Positions 46,105 through 55,263 of a stretch of 64,000 nt of DNA are shown in pieces. This stretch comes from Ideonella sp. (GTDB lineage Bacteria > Pseudomonadota > Gammaproteobacteria > Burkholderiales > Burkholderiaceae_C). The stretch covers positions 1,601 to 65,600 of the forward strand of contig JABTUC010000010.1 in assembly GCA_015075545.1 (NCBI GenBank), written 5' to 3'. The position numbers were made by a program, and so were the translations under genes. The stretch's first letter is position 1; every line of letters starts with the position of its first letter. Below the pieces are notes generated by a model that was given only the letters and a program-made list of their open reading frames with translations, ran no database searches and was not told where the DNA came from.

Positions 46105-46646
46105 GCAGGCGGTTTCAAGGGCGGCAAGCCGGATCCGCGGCACTCATCGGGCCAAGCCGCGCGGGGGCCGAGGCGGCGGATCGGCTGATCGCGCACAGTG
46201 TTCAGGCAGTCTGCCAGCGGACCCTGTACCTGTAGCTGCGGCGCGATCTCCAGCAGTGGATGCAGCACGAACGCACGCTGGTGCAATCGTGGATGCGGCA
46301 AGCGCAGTGCGGGTGCCTCGCTGGACACATCGCCGTACAGCAGCAGGTCGAGATCGAGCTCGCGCGGCGCATTGCGCGTCGAGCGTTCGCGCCCGAAGCG
46401 CGCTTCGATGCGGTGCAGTGCCTCCAGCAGCGCGCCCGCGCCGAGCGCGGTGCGCAGTTCGACCACGGCATTCGCGTAGTCAGGCCCCGGCGCATCGACC
46501 GGGGAGCTCGCATACAAGCTCGAGCGCGCGACCACGCGGGTTTCAGGCAGCGCCGCCAGCGCCTCGATGCCGCGCTCCACCTGCTCGCAAGGCCGCCCCA
46601 GATTGGCGCCCAGCCCCACATAGGCGGCCACCAGGGCAGCGCTCAT
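46101..46646 (-). CDS. folK: 2-amino-4-hydroxy-6-hydroxymethyldihydropteridine diphosphokinase
   Basis: 181 aa. AYVGLGANLG...SSLYASSPVD...PDYANAVVEL...PRELDLDLLLYGD...LRLPHPRLHQRAFVLHPLLE. Confidence 0.92.
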   Translation of the reverse strand: MSAALVAAYVGLGANLGRPCEQVERGIEALAALPETRVVARSSLYASSPVDAPGPDYANAVVELRTALGAGALLEALHRIEARFGRERSTRNAPRELDLDLLLYGDVSSEAPALRLPHPRLHQRAFVLHPLLEIAPQLQVQGPLADCLNTVRDQPIRRLGPRAAWPDECRGSGLPPLKPPA

Positions 46647-48127
46647 GGCGTGGGCGCAGGCGCAGCCGTGGCACCGTCGCCGTCGCGCCGGGCACCGCCG
46701 CGGCGTCGGCGGCGGCGCTTCTTGGCGGCGGCAGGCGCGTCGCCCGCAGCGGGTTGGGTCTGGCGGCGGGCGGCCTCGCGAGCCGCCTGCAGCAACGCCT
46801 CGCGCTCGTCAGCGTCGCCGAGCGAGAAGTCTTCCCACCAATCGGCGAGCTCGCCGTCGACCTCCTGCGCGTCGGCGCGCAGGCGCAGGAAATCGTAGCC
46901 GGCGCGATAACGCGGCTGCGCGATCAGCGCCGCGGCCGAGTTCGCCTGCCGGCGTTCGAACCGCGGCTGCATCATCCAGATCTCGCGCATGTCGGCGGCC
47001 AGCCGCCCGTGGCCCGACACGTCGCCGATGCGTGCGTCGAACACCGCGTCGATCGCCTGCTGCAGCGCCGGCGCCGGATGCTCGCCGCGCTGGCGCAACT
47101 CGTGCCAGCGCGACTGCACGTCGTGCCACAGCAGGCACGCCAGCAGGAAGCTCGGCGCCACCGCGCGGCCCTCGGCGACGCGGCGGTCGGTGTCGGCCAG
47201 CGCCAGCTCGATGAAGCGCTGGCGCAGCGGCGTGCTGCGCTGCTCGTCGAACACCGCGTCGAGCACCGGAAAGACGCCGTGGTCGAGGTGGTACGCCTTG
47301 AGCGCCTCGATGCTGGCCAGCGCATGCCCGGTCTGCAGCAGCTTGATCATCTCGTCGAACAGCCGCGACGCGGGCACGTTGGCCAGCAGCGGCACGGCCT
47401 GCGCCATCGCGGCGGCAGTCTTCTTCTCGATCGTGAAGCCGAGTTTGGCGGCGAAGCGCACCACGCGCACCAGGCGCACCGGGTCTTCGCGGTAGCGCGT
47501 GGCCGGGTCGCCGATCATGCGCAGCACATGGCGCTTGGCGTCGGCGATGCCGCGGTGGAAGTCGACCACGATGTGCGTCTGCGGGTCGTAGTACATCGCG
47601 TTGACTGTGAAGTCGCGGCGCGCGGCATCCTCGATCTGCGGGCCCCAGACGTTGTCGCGCAGCACGCGGCCGCTGGCGTCGACGACGTGCGTCTTGCCGG
47701 CCAACTCGGCTTTCGACGTGCGCTCGTTGCCCTCGACGGTATCGGCCTCGCTGGCATCGCGATAGGCGCGGAAGGTCGAGACCTCGATCACCTCGTGCTC
47801 GCGGCCGCGGCCGAACACCACGTGCACCAGCCGGAAGCGCCGGCCGATCACGAACGCGCGGCGAAACAGCGCCTTCACCTGCTCGGGCGTGGCGTCGGTG
47901 GCGACGTCGAAGTCCTTGGGCCGGCGGCCCACCAGCAGATCGCGCACCGCGCCGCCGACGATGTAGGCCTCGTGACCGGCCTGCTTCAGCGTGGCGACGA
48001 CGCGGATCGCGTGCTCGTCGACCAGCGCCGGGTCGATGCCGTGTTCGCTGGCGGGAACGTCGAGCCGCTTGCCCAGCGGCACTCGCGCGGACTTGCCGAG
48101 CAGCTTGTCGAACAGACGCTTGATCAT
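46643..48127 (-). CDS. pcnB: poly(A) polymerase I
   Basis: Internal ATG of ORF 46643..48601. EAYIVGGAVRDLLVGRRPKDFDVATDATPEQV...RDFTVNAMYYD and an Arg-rich C-terminal tail. It overlaps the folK start (ATGA). Confidence 0.92.
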   Translation of the reverse strand: MIKRLFDKLLGKSARVPLGKRLDVPASEHGIDPALVDEHAIRVVATLKQAGHEAYIVGGAVRDLLVGRRPKDFDVATDATPEQVKALFRRAFVIGRRFRLVHVVFGRGREHEVIEVSTFRAYRDASEADTVEGNERTSKAELAGKTHVVDASGRVLRDNVWGPQIEDAARRDFTVNAMYYDPQTHIVVDFHRGIADAKRHVLRMIGDPATRYREDPVRLVRVVRFAAKLGFTIEKKTAAAMAQAVPLLANVPASRLFDEMIKLLQTGHALASIEALKAYHLDHGVFPVLDAVFDEQRSTPLRQRFIELALADTDRRVAEGRAVAPSFLLACLLWHDVQSRWHELRQRGEHPAPALQQAIDAVFDARIGDVSGHGRLAADMREIWMMQPRFERRQANSAAALIAQPRYRAGYDFLRLRADAQEVDGELADWWEDFSLGDADEREALLQAAREAARRQTQPAAGDAPAAAKKRRRRRRGGARRDGDGATAAPAPTP

Positions 48128-48810
48128 GCGAAGAGATCGAGGATACGCCAGCGTCGCTGGCGCGCCAGGGCCGCCAGAGCCGGGCTCGGGTTGGTGGCCA
48201 CCGGTTCGCTCACCGCCTCGAGCAACGGCAGATCGTTGAGGCTGTCGCTGTAGCAGACGCTGGCCGCGAAATCCGACAGCCGGCGCCCCTGCGCGGCGAG
48301 CCACTGCTCGACGCGCAACAGCTTGCCCTGGCCCAGCGACGGCGTGCCGCGGATGCGGCCGGTGACGTGCCCGCTCGCGTCGCGCTCGAGTTCGGTGGCG
48401 ATCAACGCATCGACGCCGAAGGCCTTGGCGATCGGCCGCGTGATGAACTCGTTGGTCGAGGTGGCGATCGCCACCAGATCGCCGGCGTCGAGGTGCGAAC
48501 GCACCAGCGCGCGCGCGCGCGGGTCGATCGCCGGCGTCATTCGCTCGCGCACGAAGCGCTCGAGCGCGGCAGCCTGCGCGGCGGCCGGGCGGTCGCGCCA
48601 CGGCCGGGTGGCAAAGTCGATGTACTCGACCATGTCGAGCCGGCCGGCCTGGTACTGGCTATAGAAGCGGTCGTTCTCGGCGGCGAACGCGGTGGCGTCG
48701 GCCCAGCCGAGCTCGACCATGAACTCGCCGAACGCGTGGTCGGAATCCTTGGCGATCAGTGTGCCGTCGAGGTCGAACAGCGCCAGCTTCAACGGCCACT
48801 CCTGTCGCAT
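48124..48810 (-). CDS. HAD-IB family hydrolase (SerB-like)
   Basis: 228 aa. LALFDLDGTLIAKDSD...IATSTNEFI...YSDSLNDLPLL. It overlaps the pcnB start (ATGA). Confidence 0.8.
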   Translation of the reverse strand: MRQEWPLKLALFDLDGTLIAKDSDHAFGEFMVELGWADATAFAAENDRFYSQYQAGRLDMVEYIDFATRPWRDRPAAAQAAALERFVRERMTPAIDPRARALVRSHLDAGDLVAIATSTNEFITRPIAKAFGVDALIATELERDASGHVTGRIRGTPSLGQGKLLRVEQWLAAQGRRLSDFAASVCYSDSLNDLPLLEAVSEPVATNPSPALAALARQRRWRILDLFA

Positions 48811-48856
48811 GGCCGGCGCCAGATCGCCACGGCGCCGCGCGTCTTCGCACCGGTCC

Positions 48857-49531
48857 TCATGCCCCGGTCGCCTCCTGTTCGAGCAGCATCTTCCTCAGCA
48901 GCGGCACCGTGATGCCGCGCTGCTCGGCCAGCGCGAAGCCGTCGAGGCGGTCGAGCAGCGCCATCAGGTGCGACAGGTCGCGCGCGAAGCGCGTCAGCAG
49001 ATAGTCCATCACCTCGTCGGACAGCAAGATGCCGCGCCGATCGGACTCGCGGCGCAGCACCGCGCGCGCCTGCTCCTCGGGCAGACAGCGCAGCGCGAAC
49101 ACCGGGCCCCAGCCGAAACGGGTGCGCAGATCCTCGCGCACGCCCAGGTCCACCGGCGGCACGCGCGCGGCGGCCACCCACGGCACGCCCAGCGACTGCG
49201 CCTCCACCAGCAGCGCGAAGGCGTCGCGCTGCTGCGCCTCGTCGTAGACGTCGCAGGCATCGAACAGCAGCAGCGCGCAGCCGGCGTCGATCGACCACGG
49301 CGGTCGCGCCGCCGCATCGAACCAGCCGATGCGCTCGCCGCGCTGCTGGCGCTGGTGCGCCAGCGCGTGCAGCAGGTGCGTCTTGCCGCTGCCTGGCGGG
49401 CCCCACACGAACGCCGGCGTCGCGCCGTCGAGTCGCTGCAGGTGCTGCAGCGCCGCCGCGTTGCCGCTGGCGATGAAGGTGTCGAAGCGGGCCGTCGCCG
49501 GCGCCACGATCGGCAGGGGGAGCTGCTTCAT
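48857..49531 (-). CDS. hda: DnaA regulatory inactivator Hda
   Basis: C-terminal 224 aa of track ORF 48857..51787. MKQLPLPI...FDTFIASGNAAAL...FVWGPPGSGKTHLLHA...LLFDACDV... (AAA+ DnaA-related). Confidence 0.85.
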   Translation of the reverse strand: MKQLPLPIVAPATARFDTFIASGNAAALQHLQRLDGATPAFVWGPPGSGKTHLLHALAHQRQQRGERIGWFDAAARPPWSIDAGCALLLFDACDVYDEAQQRDAFALLVEAQSLGVPWVAAARVPPVDLGVREDLRTRFGWGPVFALRCLPEEQARAVLRRESDRRGILLSDEVMDYLLTRFARDLSHLMALLDRLDGFALAEQRGITVPLLRKMLLEQEATGA

Positions 49532-49551
49532 CGACCCGCGCAGGCACGCAC

Positions 49552-50415
49552 TCAATGCAGGCGCGGCAGGCGGCGCAGTTCGTCGAGCCGCTCGGACATC
49601 GCCAGCGCGTCGTCGGCGTCGGGCCGCGCGGCGAGGTAGGCCTCCAGATCGGCGATCGCCGCGTCGACGCGCCCGGCCTCGACCGCCGCCAGCGCGCGGT
49701 CGCGCCGCTCGTCCCAGTTGTGCGGCAGCAGGATCACCAACCGCTCCTGCACCGCCAGCCAGCGTTCGCCGTCGCGGCCGCTGCGATGGATCTCCTTGAG
49801 GTTGCGCAGCATGCGCGCCAGCACGTCGCGCGGCTGCGCCGCCTGCAGGAACAGCCCGAGCGGTGCCTCGAACTCGCCCACCAGCCCCTGGCGGCGCCGG
49901 TACGGCGCCAGGCGCTCGTCGAGCTCCTCGCGCGACAGCGAGCGGCCGTTGAACGGATCGAGCACCACCTCGCCCTGCGGCATGCGCAGCTTGACCAGGA
50001 AATGCCCCGGGAACGACACCCCGCGCGCGGTCAGGCCGAGCTGGCCTGCCAGCTCGATGTACAGCAGCGCCAAGGTCAGCGGAATGCCGCGGCGCTGCCG
50101 CAGCACGTCGTTGATGAAGCTGTTGCGCCGGTCGTAGTAGTCGTTGACGTTGCCGGCAAAGCCCAGTTCGCGATAGAAGTAGCGGTTCAGCAGGCGCAGC
50201 CGCTGCACCGGCGCCGCGTCGGCCGGCAACCGCGCCTTCAGCTTGGCCGCCAGCGCGTCGACCTCCGACAGCACCGCCTGCACGTCGAGCTCGGGGTATT
50301 CGTCCTGGGCGATCGAGATCGCCGCCTCGAGCAGCGCGAGGCCCGAATCCTCGGCCACCAGGGCCGCGAAGTACTGCAACGGGGTCGGTGCGCTGAACAG
50401 CGTCTTGGGCGTCAT
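49552..50415 (-). CDS. SirB1/YchA family protein (transglutaminase-like N-domain + TPR)
   Basis: MTPKTLFSAPTPLQYF...NSFINDVLRQRRGIPLTLALLYIELAGQLGL...VSFPGHFLVKL. The track ORF starts 10 codons earlier (50445). Confidence 0.75.
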   Translation of the reverse strand: MTPKTLFSAPTPLQYFAALVAEDSGLALLEAAISIAQDEYPELDVQAVLSEVDALAAKLKARLPADAAPVQRLRLLNRYFYRELGFAGNVNDYYDRRNSFINDVLRQRRGIPLTLALLYIELAGQLGLTARGVSFPGHFLVKLRMPQGEVVLDPFNGRSLSREELDERLAPYRRRQGLVGEFEAPLGLFLQAAQPRDVLARMLRNLKEIHRSGRDGERWLAVQERLVILLPHNWDERRDRALAAVEAGRVDAAIADLEAYLAARPDADDALAMSERLDELRRLPRLH

Positions 50416-50502
50416 GCGTTGGCGGACGCCGACTCCGGCGTCCAACCCCTGCAGTGTAGGGGTTGCCTGCGGGCCGCCGCGGCCACCGCGGCCCGCACGG
50501 CG

Positions 50503-52059
50503 TCACGCGCGACGCATGAATGCGCGCAAACGCACGCCGCACGCAGCCAGCACGCCGAAGTACAACACCGCCACGCCGGCCAGCACCGCGGCCAGCACGC
50601 TGGCGCGCCACCACGGCTGCGCCTGGGTGCCGATCCAGTCGAACGCGCGATCGGCCCACCACAGCACGGCGCCGAGCACCACGCAGCCGAGCAGCACCGC
50701 GACGCTGAAGCGACCCCAGCCGGCTGCGGGGCGGTACACGCCGTCGCGCATCAGGCCGCGCAGCAGCCACGCCGAATTCACCAGTGCACCCAGGCCGATG
50801 CTGAGGGTCAGCGCCGCGTGCGCCAGCCACGGCACCAGCAGCGCGTTGAGCGCCTGCGTGATCACCAGCACGACGATCGCGATGCGCACCGGCGTGCGGA
50901 TGTCCAGGCGCGCGTAGTAGCCCGGCGCCAGCACCTTGACCGCCACGATGCCCAGCAGCCCGACGCCATACGCGGCAAGGGCAGCGGCGCTCTGCGCGAC
51001 GTCGTGCGCCGTGAGGTGCCCGTGGTGGAACAGCACCGCGAGCATCGGCTTGGCGAACACCATCAACGCCACCGCGCACGGCAGCGTCAGCAGCAACACC
51101 AGCCGCAGGCCCCAGTCGAGCATCGCCGAGTACGCCGCCGGGTCGCCGCGCGCCTGCGCCGACGACAACTGCGGCAGCAACACCACGCCCATCGCCACGC
51201 CGAGCAGCGCGGTGGGCAATTCCATCAGCCGGTCGGCCAGGTTGATCCAGGACACCGAGCCCACTGCCAGGTGCGACGCGATCTGGGTATTGATCAGCAT
51301 CGAGACCTGTGCCACCGACACGCCGAGCACCGCCGGCCCCATCTGACGCAGCACGCTGCGCACGCCCGACTGGCGCATCGCGGCGGCGATCGACGCCGGC
51401 AGCCAGCCCAGCCGCGGCAGGTAGCCGATCGCCCTGAGCGCCGGCAACTGGATCGCCAACTGCAAGACGCCGCCGAGCACGGTGCCGCAGGCCACGGCGT
51501 AGATCGGTTCGATGCCGTGGGCAGCGAACCACGGCGCGCCCCACAGCGTGGCGGCGATCACCGCCAGGTTCAGCAGCACCGGCGTCACCGCCGGCAGCGC
51601 AAAGCGCCGCCAGGTGTTGAGGATGCCGGCGGCGAGCGACACCATCGACACCAGCGCGATGTACGGAAACATCACGCGCGTCATCCACACCGCGTCGTCG
51701 AAGCGCTCGAGCCCCGAGGCGACCAACCACACCACCACCGGCGCCGCCGCCACGCCGACCACCACGGTGGCCAGCAGGCTCCACCACAGCACGGTGGCCA
51801 CCGAGTCGACCAGTTGGTGGGTCGCGCCGTCGCCGTCGCGCTCGCGCGTGGTGGCCAGGATCGGCACGAACGCCTGCGCGAACGCGCCCTCTGCGAACAG
51901 CCGGCGCAGCAGGTTGGGGATCCGCCAGGCGACGAAGAACGCGTCGGTCAGCGCGCTGGCGCCGAACGCGCTGGCGATCAGCGCCTCACGAACCAGCCCG
52001 GTGATGCGCGAGGCCAGCGTCAGGACCGAGACGGTGGATGCGGCCTTGAGCAGGTTCAT
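50503..52059 (-). CDS. murJ: lipid II flippase MurJ
   Basis: 518 aa. [60 protein letters not shown]. Confidence 0.95.
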   Translation of the reverse strand: MNLLKAASTVSVLTLASRITGLVREALIASAFGASALTDAFFVAWRIPNLLRRLFAEGAFAQAFVPILATTRERDGDGATHQLVDSVATVLWWSLLATVVVGVAAAPVVVWLVASGLERFDDAVWMTRVMFPYIALVSMVSLAAGILNTWRRFALPAVTPVLLNLAVIAATLWGAPWFAAHGIEPIYAVACGTVLGGVLQLAIQLPALRAIGYLPRLGWLPASIAAAMRQSGVRSVLRQMGPAVLGVSVAQVSMLINTQIASHLAVGSVSWINLADRLMELPTALLGVAMGVVLLPQLSSAQARGDPAAYSAMLDWGLRLVLLLTLPCAVALMVFAKPMLAVLFHHGHLTAHDVAQSAAALAAYGVGLLGIVAVKVLAPGYYARLDIRTPVRIAIVVLVITQALNALLVPWLAHAALTLSIGLGALVNSAWLLRGLMRDGVYRPAAGWGRFSVAVLLGCVVLGAVLWWADRAFDWIGTQAQPWWRASVLAAVLAGVAVLYFGVLAACGVRLRAFMRRA

Positions 52060-52070
52060 CGGGCGCGCGG

Positions 52071-52076
52071 ATTATA
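52071..52076 (-). promoter_or_regulatory. candidate -10 element (TATAAT) 11 nt upstream of the murJ ATG
   Basis: Minus strand reads ctGCCTATAATCCGCgcgcccgATG, with no SD in between. Confidence 0.35.
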
Positions 52077-52120
52077 GGCAGCGCCCCTGCGCGCGCCGCC
52101 GATCGTGCGGCGCGCCGGTG

Positions 52121-52126
52121 TATACT
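52121..52126 (+). promoter_or_regulatory. candidate -10 element (TATACT) of rpsT
   Basis: ccggtgTATACTgcacgg, 60 nt upstream of the rpsT ATG. The leader contains hairpin gcagccc-tctc-gggctgc. Confidence 0.35.
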
Positions 52127-52186
52127 GCACGGCTTCGCGTGCGCAGCCCTCTCGGGCTGCATCGGCGCACCCCCTGCAGCACCACC

Positions 52187-52483
52187 ATGGCCACTGCCAG
52201 CAAAGCCAAGAAGAAGACCGTCCGCCTCGCCTCGGGCCGCAAGCGCGCGCGCCAGAACGCCAAGCTCAACGCCCACAACACGGCGCTGCGCTCGCGCTTT
52301 CGCAGTGTGATCAAGGCGGTGCAGAAGGCGGTGAGCGGCGGCGACAAGGCCAAGGCCACCGAGCTGTTCAAGAGCGCGCAGCCGATCATCGACTCGGTGG
52401 CCGACAAGGGCGTCTTCCACAAGAACAAGGCTGCCCGCCACAAGAGCCGGCTGGCCGCCCGGCTGAAGGCGTTGGCCGCCTGA
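52187..52483 (+). CDS. rpsT: 30S ribosomal protein S20
   Basis: Tail of ORF 51512..52483. [45 protein letters not shown]... Confidence 0.95.
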   Translation: MATASKAKKKTVRLASGRKRARQNAKLNAHNTALRSRFRSVIKAVQKAVSGGDKAKATELFKSAQPIIDSVADKGVFHKNKAARHKSRLAARLKALAA

Positions 52484-52504
52484 AGCGGCGAGCGCCGACC
52501 TGAC

Positions 52505-52534
52505 GAGGGCCTGCCGATGCAGGCCCTCTTGCTT
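52505..52534 (+). terminator. rho-independent terminator of rpsT
   Basis: gagggcctgc-cgat-gcaggccctc followed by ttgctt, 21 nt after the rpsT stop. Confidence 0.6.
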
Positions 52535-52665
52535 GGGGATCAGCCCAGTTGCTGCGGCGCGACCGCCGGCGCCCGCCGGCCCAGGTCTGCATGACGTTTC
52601 GGCATGCATCCTGCGCTTTGCGTGTCGCTCGGCAGCGCAGCACGGTACGCCGACACCCTCGCCGA

Positions 52666-52671
52666 TAGAAT
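52666..52671 (+). promoter_or_regulatory. candidate -10 element (TAGAAT) upstream of argD
   Basis: gccgaTAGAATcgatc, 62 nt upstream of the argD ATG, which has a ggag SD. Confidence 0.3.
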
Positions 52672-52733
52672 CGATCGCGCCACCCGCGTGATCGCGGTGG
52701 CGCGCCGCCCCTCGAACAGCCTGGAGTCGCGTC

Positions 52734-53918
52734 ATGCCCGCCGTCTCGCACCTGATGAACACCTACGGTCGCCTGCCGTTCGCGCTGTCGCACGGCTTGG
52801 GCTGCCGCGTGTGGGACACCGAGGGCCGCGAGTACCTCGACGCGCTGGCCGGCATCGCCGTCAACACGCTCGGCCACGGCCACCCGAAGCTGGTGCCGGC
52901 GCTGCAGGAGCAGGTGGCCAGGCTGATCCACTGCTCCAACTACTACCAGATGCCGCTGCAGGAGCAACTCGCCGCCGCGCTGTGCGAGGTGTCGGGGTTG
53001 TCGGCCGCGTTCTTCTGCAACAGCGGCATGGAAGCCAACGAAGGCGCGATCAAGATCGCGCGCAAGTTCGGCCACGACCGCGGCATCGAGCGGCCCGAGA
53101 TCATCGTCTACGAAAAGGCCTTCCACGGCCGCTCGATCGCCACGCTGTCGGCCACCGGCAACCCCAAGGTGCAGAAGGGCTTCGAACCGCTGGTCGAGGG
53201 TTTCGTGCGGGTGCCGCTGAACGACATCGGCGCGGTGCGCGAGGTGGCACGCACCAACCCCAACGTGGTGGCGGTGTTCCTCGAGGTGATCCAGGGCGAA
53301 GGCGGCATCAACCCGACGCGCGCCGAGTACCTGCGCGAACTGCGCACGCTGTGCGACGAGAAGAACTGGCTGCTGATGCTCGACGAGGTGCAGTGCGGCA
53401 TGGGCCGCACCGGCAAGTGGTTCGCGCACCAGTGGGCCGGCATCGTGCCCGACGTGATGCCGATGGCCAAGGGCCTCGCCTCGGGCGTGCCGGTGGGCGC
53501 CATCGTCGTCGGCTCGCGCGCGAAGGACGTGTTCGGCCCCGGCAACCACGGCACCACCTTCGGCGGCAACCCGCTGGCGATGCGCGCGGGCATCGAGACG
53601 ATGCGCATCGTCGCCGAGGACAAGCTGATCGACAACGCAGCCGCGGTTGGCGCGCGCATCAGGAGCGGCCTCGAGCGCGAGTGGGTCGGCCTCGAAGGCG
53701 TGGTCGAGATCCGCGGTCAGGGTCTGATGCTCGGCATCGAGCTCGACCGGCCATGCGGCGCGCTGCTGCAGCGTGCAGCCGACGCGGGGCTCTTGATCAG
53801 CGTCACCGCCGACAACGTGATCCGCCTGCTGCCGCCGCTGATCATGACCGGCGCCGAGGGCGACGCGGTGGTGCGCATCCTGGCGCCGCTGGTGCGCGGG
53901 TTCCTGGCCGGCCGGTGA
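52734..53918 (+). CDS. argD: acetylornithine/succinyldiaminopimelate aminotransferase
   Basis: 394 aa. FFCNSGMEANEGAIKIARK...LDEVQCGMGRTGKWFA...MAKGLASGVPVGA...HGTTFGGNPLA (class III PLP aminotransferase). Confidence 0.9.
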   Translation: MPAVSHLMNTYGRLPFALSHGLGCRVWDTEGREYLDALAGIAVNTLGHGHPKLVPALQEQVARLIHCSNYYQMPLQEQLAAALCEVSGLSAAFFCNSGMEANEGAIKIARKFGHDRGIERPEIIVYEKAFHGRSIATLSATGNPKVQKGFEPLVEGFVRVPLNDIGAVREVARTNPNVVAVFLEVIQGEGGINPTRAEYLRELRTLCDEKNWLLMLDEVQCGMGRTGKWFAHQWAGIVPDVMPMAKGLASGVPVGAIVVGSRAKDVFGPGNHGTTFGGNPLAMRAGIETMRIVAEDKLIDNAAAVGARIRSGLEREWVGLEGVVEIRGQGLMLGIELDRPCGALLQRAADAGLLISVTADNVIRLLPPLIMTGAEGDAVVRILAPLVRGFLAGR

Positions 53919-53962
53919 AGCGGTGGTGATGAAGCCGGAGCATGAAGCCGGGTGATCGCCTG

Positions 53963-54874
53963 ATGAAGCACTACCTGCAGTTCAAGGACTTGCGGGCCGA
54001 GGAGTACGCCTACCTCTTCGAGCGCACGCGCATCATCAAGACGCGCTTCAAGAACTACGAACGCTACCAGCCGCTGGCCGACCGCACGCTGGCGATGATC
54101 TTCGAGAAGGCGAGCACGCGCACGCGCGTCAGCTTCGAGGCCGGCATGTACCAGATGGGCGGCTCGGTGGTGCACCTCACCGCCGGCGACAGCCAGTTCG
54201 GCCGCGACGAGCCGGTGGAAGACGCCGCCCGCGTGATCAGCCGCATGGTCGACCTGGTGATGATCCGCACCTTCGAGCAGACCAAGATCGAGCGCTTCGC
54301 GGCGCACTCGCGGGTGCCGGTGATCAACGGCCTGACCAACGAGTACCACCCGTGCCAGATCCTGGCCGACGTGTTCACCTTCATCGAACAGCGCGGCAGC
54401 ATCGCCGGCAAGGTGGTGGCCTGGGTCGGCGACGGCAACAACATGGCCAACACCTGGGTGCAGGCGGCCGACATCCTGGGCTTCACGCTGCACGTGAGCA
54501 CGCCGCGCGGCTACGAGATCGACCCCGCGCTGGCCGGCGTCGCCAACCCCGCCTGCGTCAAGACCTTCAAGAGCCCGTTCGCCGCCTGCGAAGGCGCGCA
54601 CCTCGTGACCACCGACGTCTGGACCAGCATGGGCTACGAGGCCGAGAACGAGGCGCGCCGCAAGGCGTTCGCCGACTGGTGCGTCGACCCGCAGATGATG
54701 CAGCTCGCGCAGCGCGACGCCCTGTTCATGCACTGCCTGCCCGCGCACCGCGGCGAAGAGGTGGCCGCCGAAGTGATCGACGGCAAGCAGTCGGTGGTGT
54801 GGGACGAGGCCGAGAATCGGTTGCACGTGCAGAAGGCGCTGATGGAGTACCTGCTGCTCGGGCGCATCGGCTGA
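53963..54874 (+). CDS. argF: ornithine carbamoyltransferase
   Basis: MKHYLQFKDL... with FEKASTRTRVSFE, HPCQILAD, DVWTSMG and HCLPAHRGEEV. The track ORF starts 7 codons earlier (53942). Confidence 0.93.
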   Translation: MKHYLQFKDLRAEEYAYLFERTRIIKTRFKNYERYQPLADRTLAMIFEKASTRTRVSFEAGMYQMGGSVVHLTAGDSQFGRDEPVEDAARVISRMVDLVMIRTFEQTKIERFAAHSRVPVINGLTNEYHPCQILADVFTFIEQRGSIAGKVVAWVGDGNNMANTWVQAADILGFTLHVSTPRGYEIDPALAGVANPACVKTFKSPFAACEGAHLVTTDVWTSMGYEAENEARRKAFADWCVDPQMMQLAQRDALFMHCLPAHRGEEVAAEVIDGKQSVVWDEAENRLHVQKALMEYLLLGRIG

Positions 54875-54891
54875 TCCACCTCGCCGACCCA

Positions 54892-55263
54892 ATGCATGGC
54901 GTTCACCTGACGGCCGATCTGAGCGGCTGCCGCGACCCTGCCAATCTGTTGCGCGACGGCGCCGCCCTGGCTGCCCTGTGCGAGCAATCGGCGCGCGATG
55001 CCGGCCTGCGCGTGGTGGCGCGCCAGTTCCATGCCTTCGCGCCCGACGGCGACGGCGGGCACACCGGCGTGCTGCTGCTGGCCGAGTCGCACCTGGCGGT
55101 GCACACCTGGCCCGAGCTGCGCGCGGTGACGCTCGACGTCTTCGTGTGCAACCGGGCCAGCGACAACACGGCCAAGGCGCAGGCGCTGCTCGATGCGCTG
55201 GTGGCGCGATTCGAGGCCGCGCGTGTCGCGCGCCAGCGACTCCAGCGCGCCCTGGTCCCGTGA
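54892..55263 (+). CDS. S-adenosylmethionine decarboxylase-like pyruvoyl-dependent proenzyme (AdoMet_dc family, 123 aa)
   Basis: Tail of ORF 54352..55263. Self-processing signature GVLLLAESHLAVHTWPE. It starts 17 nt after the argF stop. Confidence 0.75.
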   Translation: MHGVHLTADLSGCRDPANLLRDGAALAALCEQSARDAGLRVVARQFHAFAPDGDGGHTGVLLLAESHLAVHTWPELRAVTLDVFVCNRASDNTAKAQALLDALVARFEAARVARQRLQRALVP

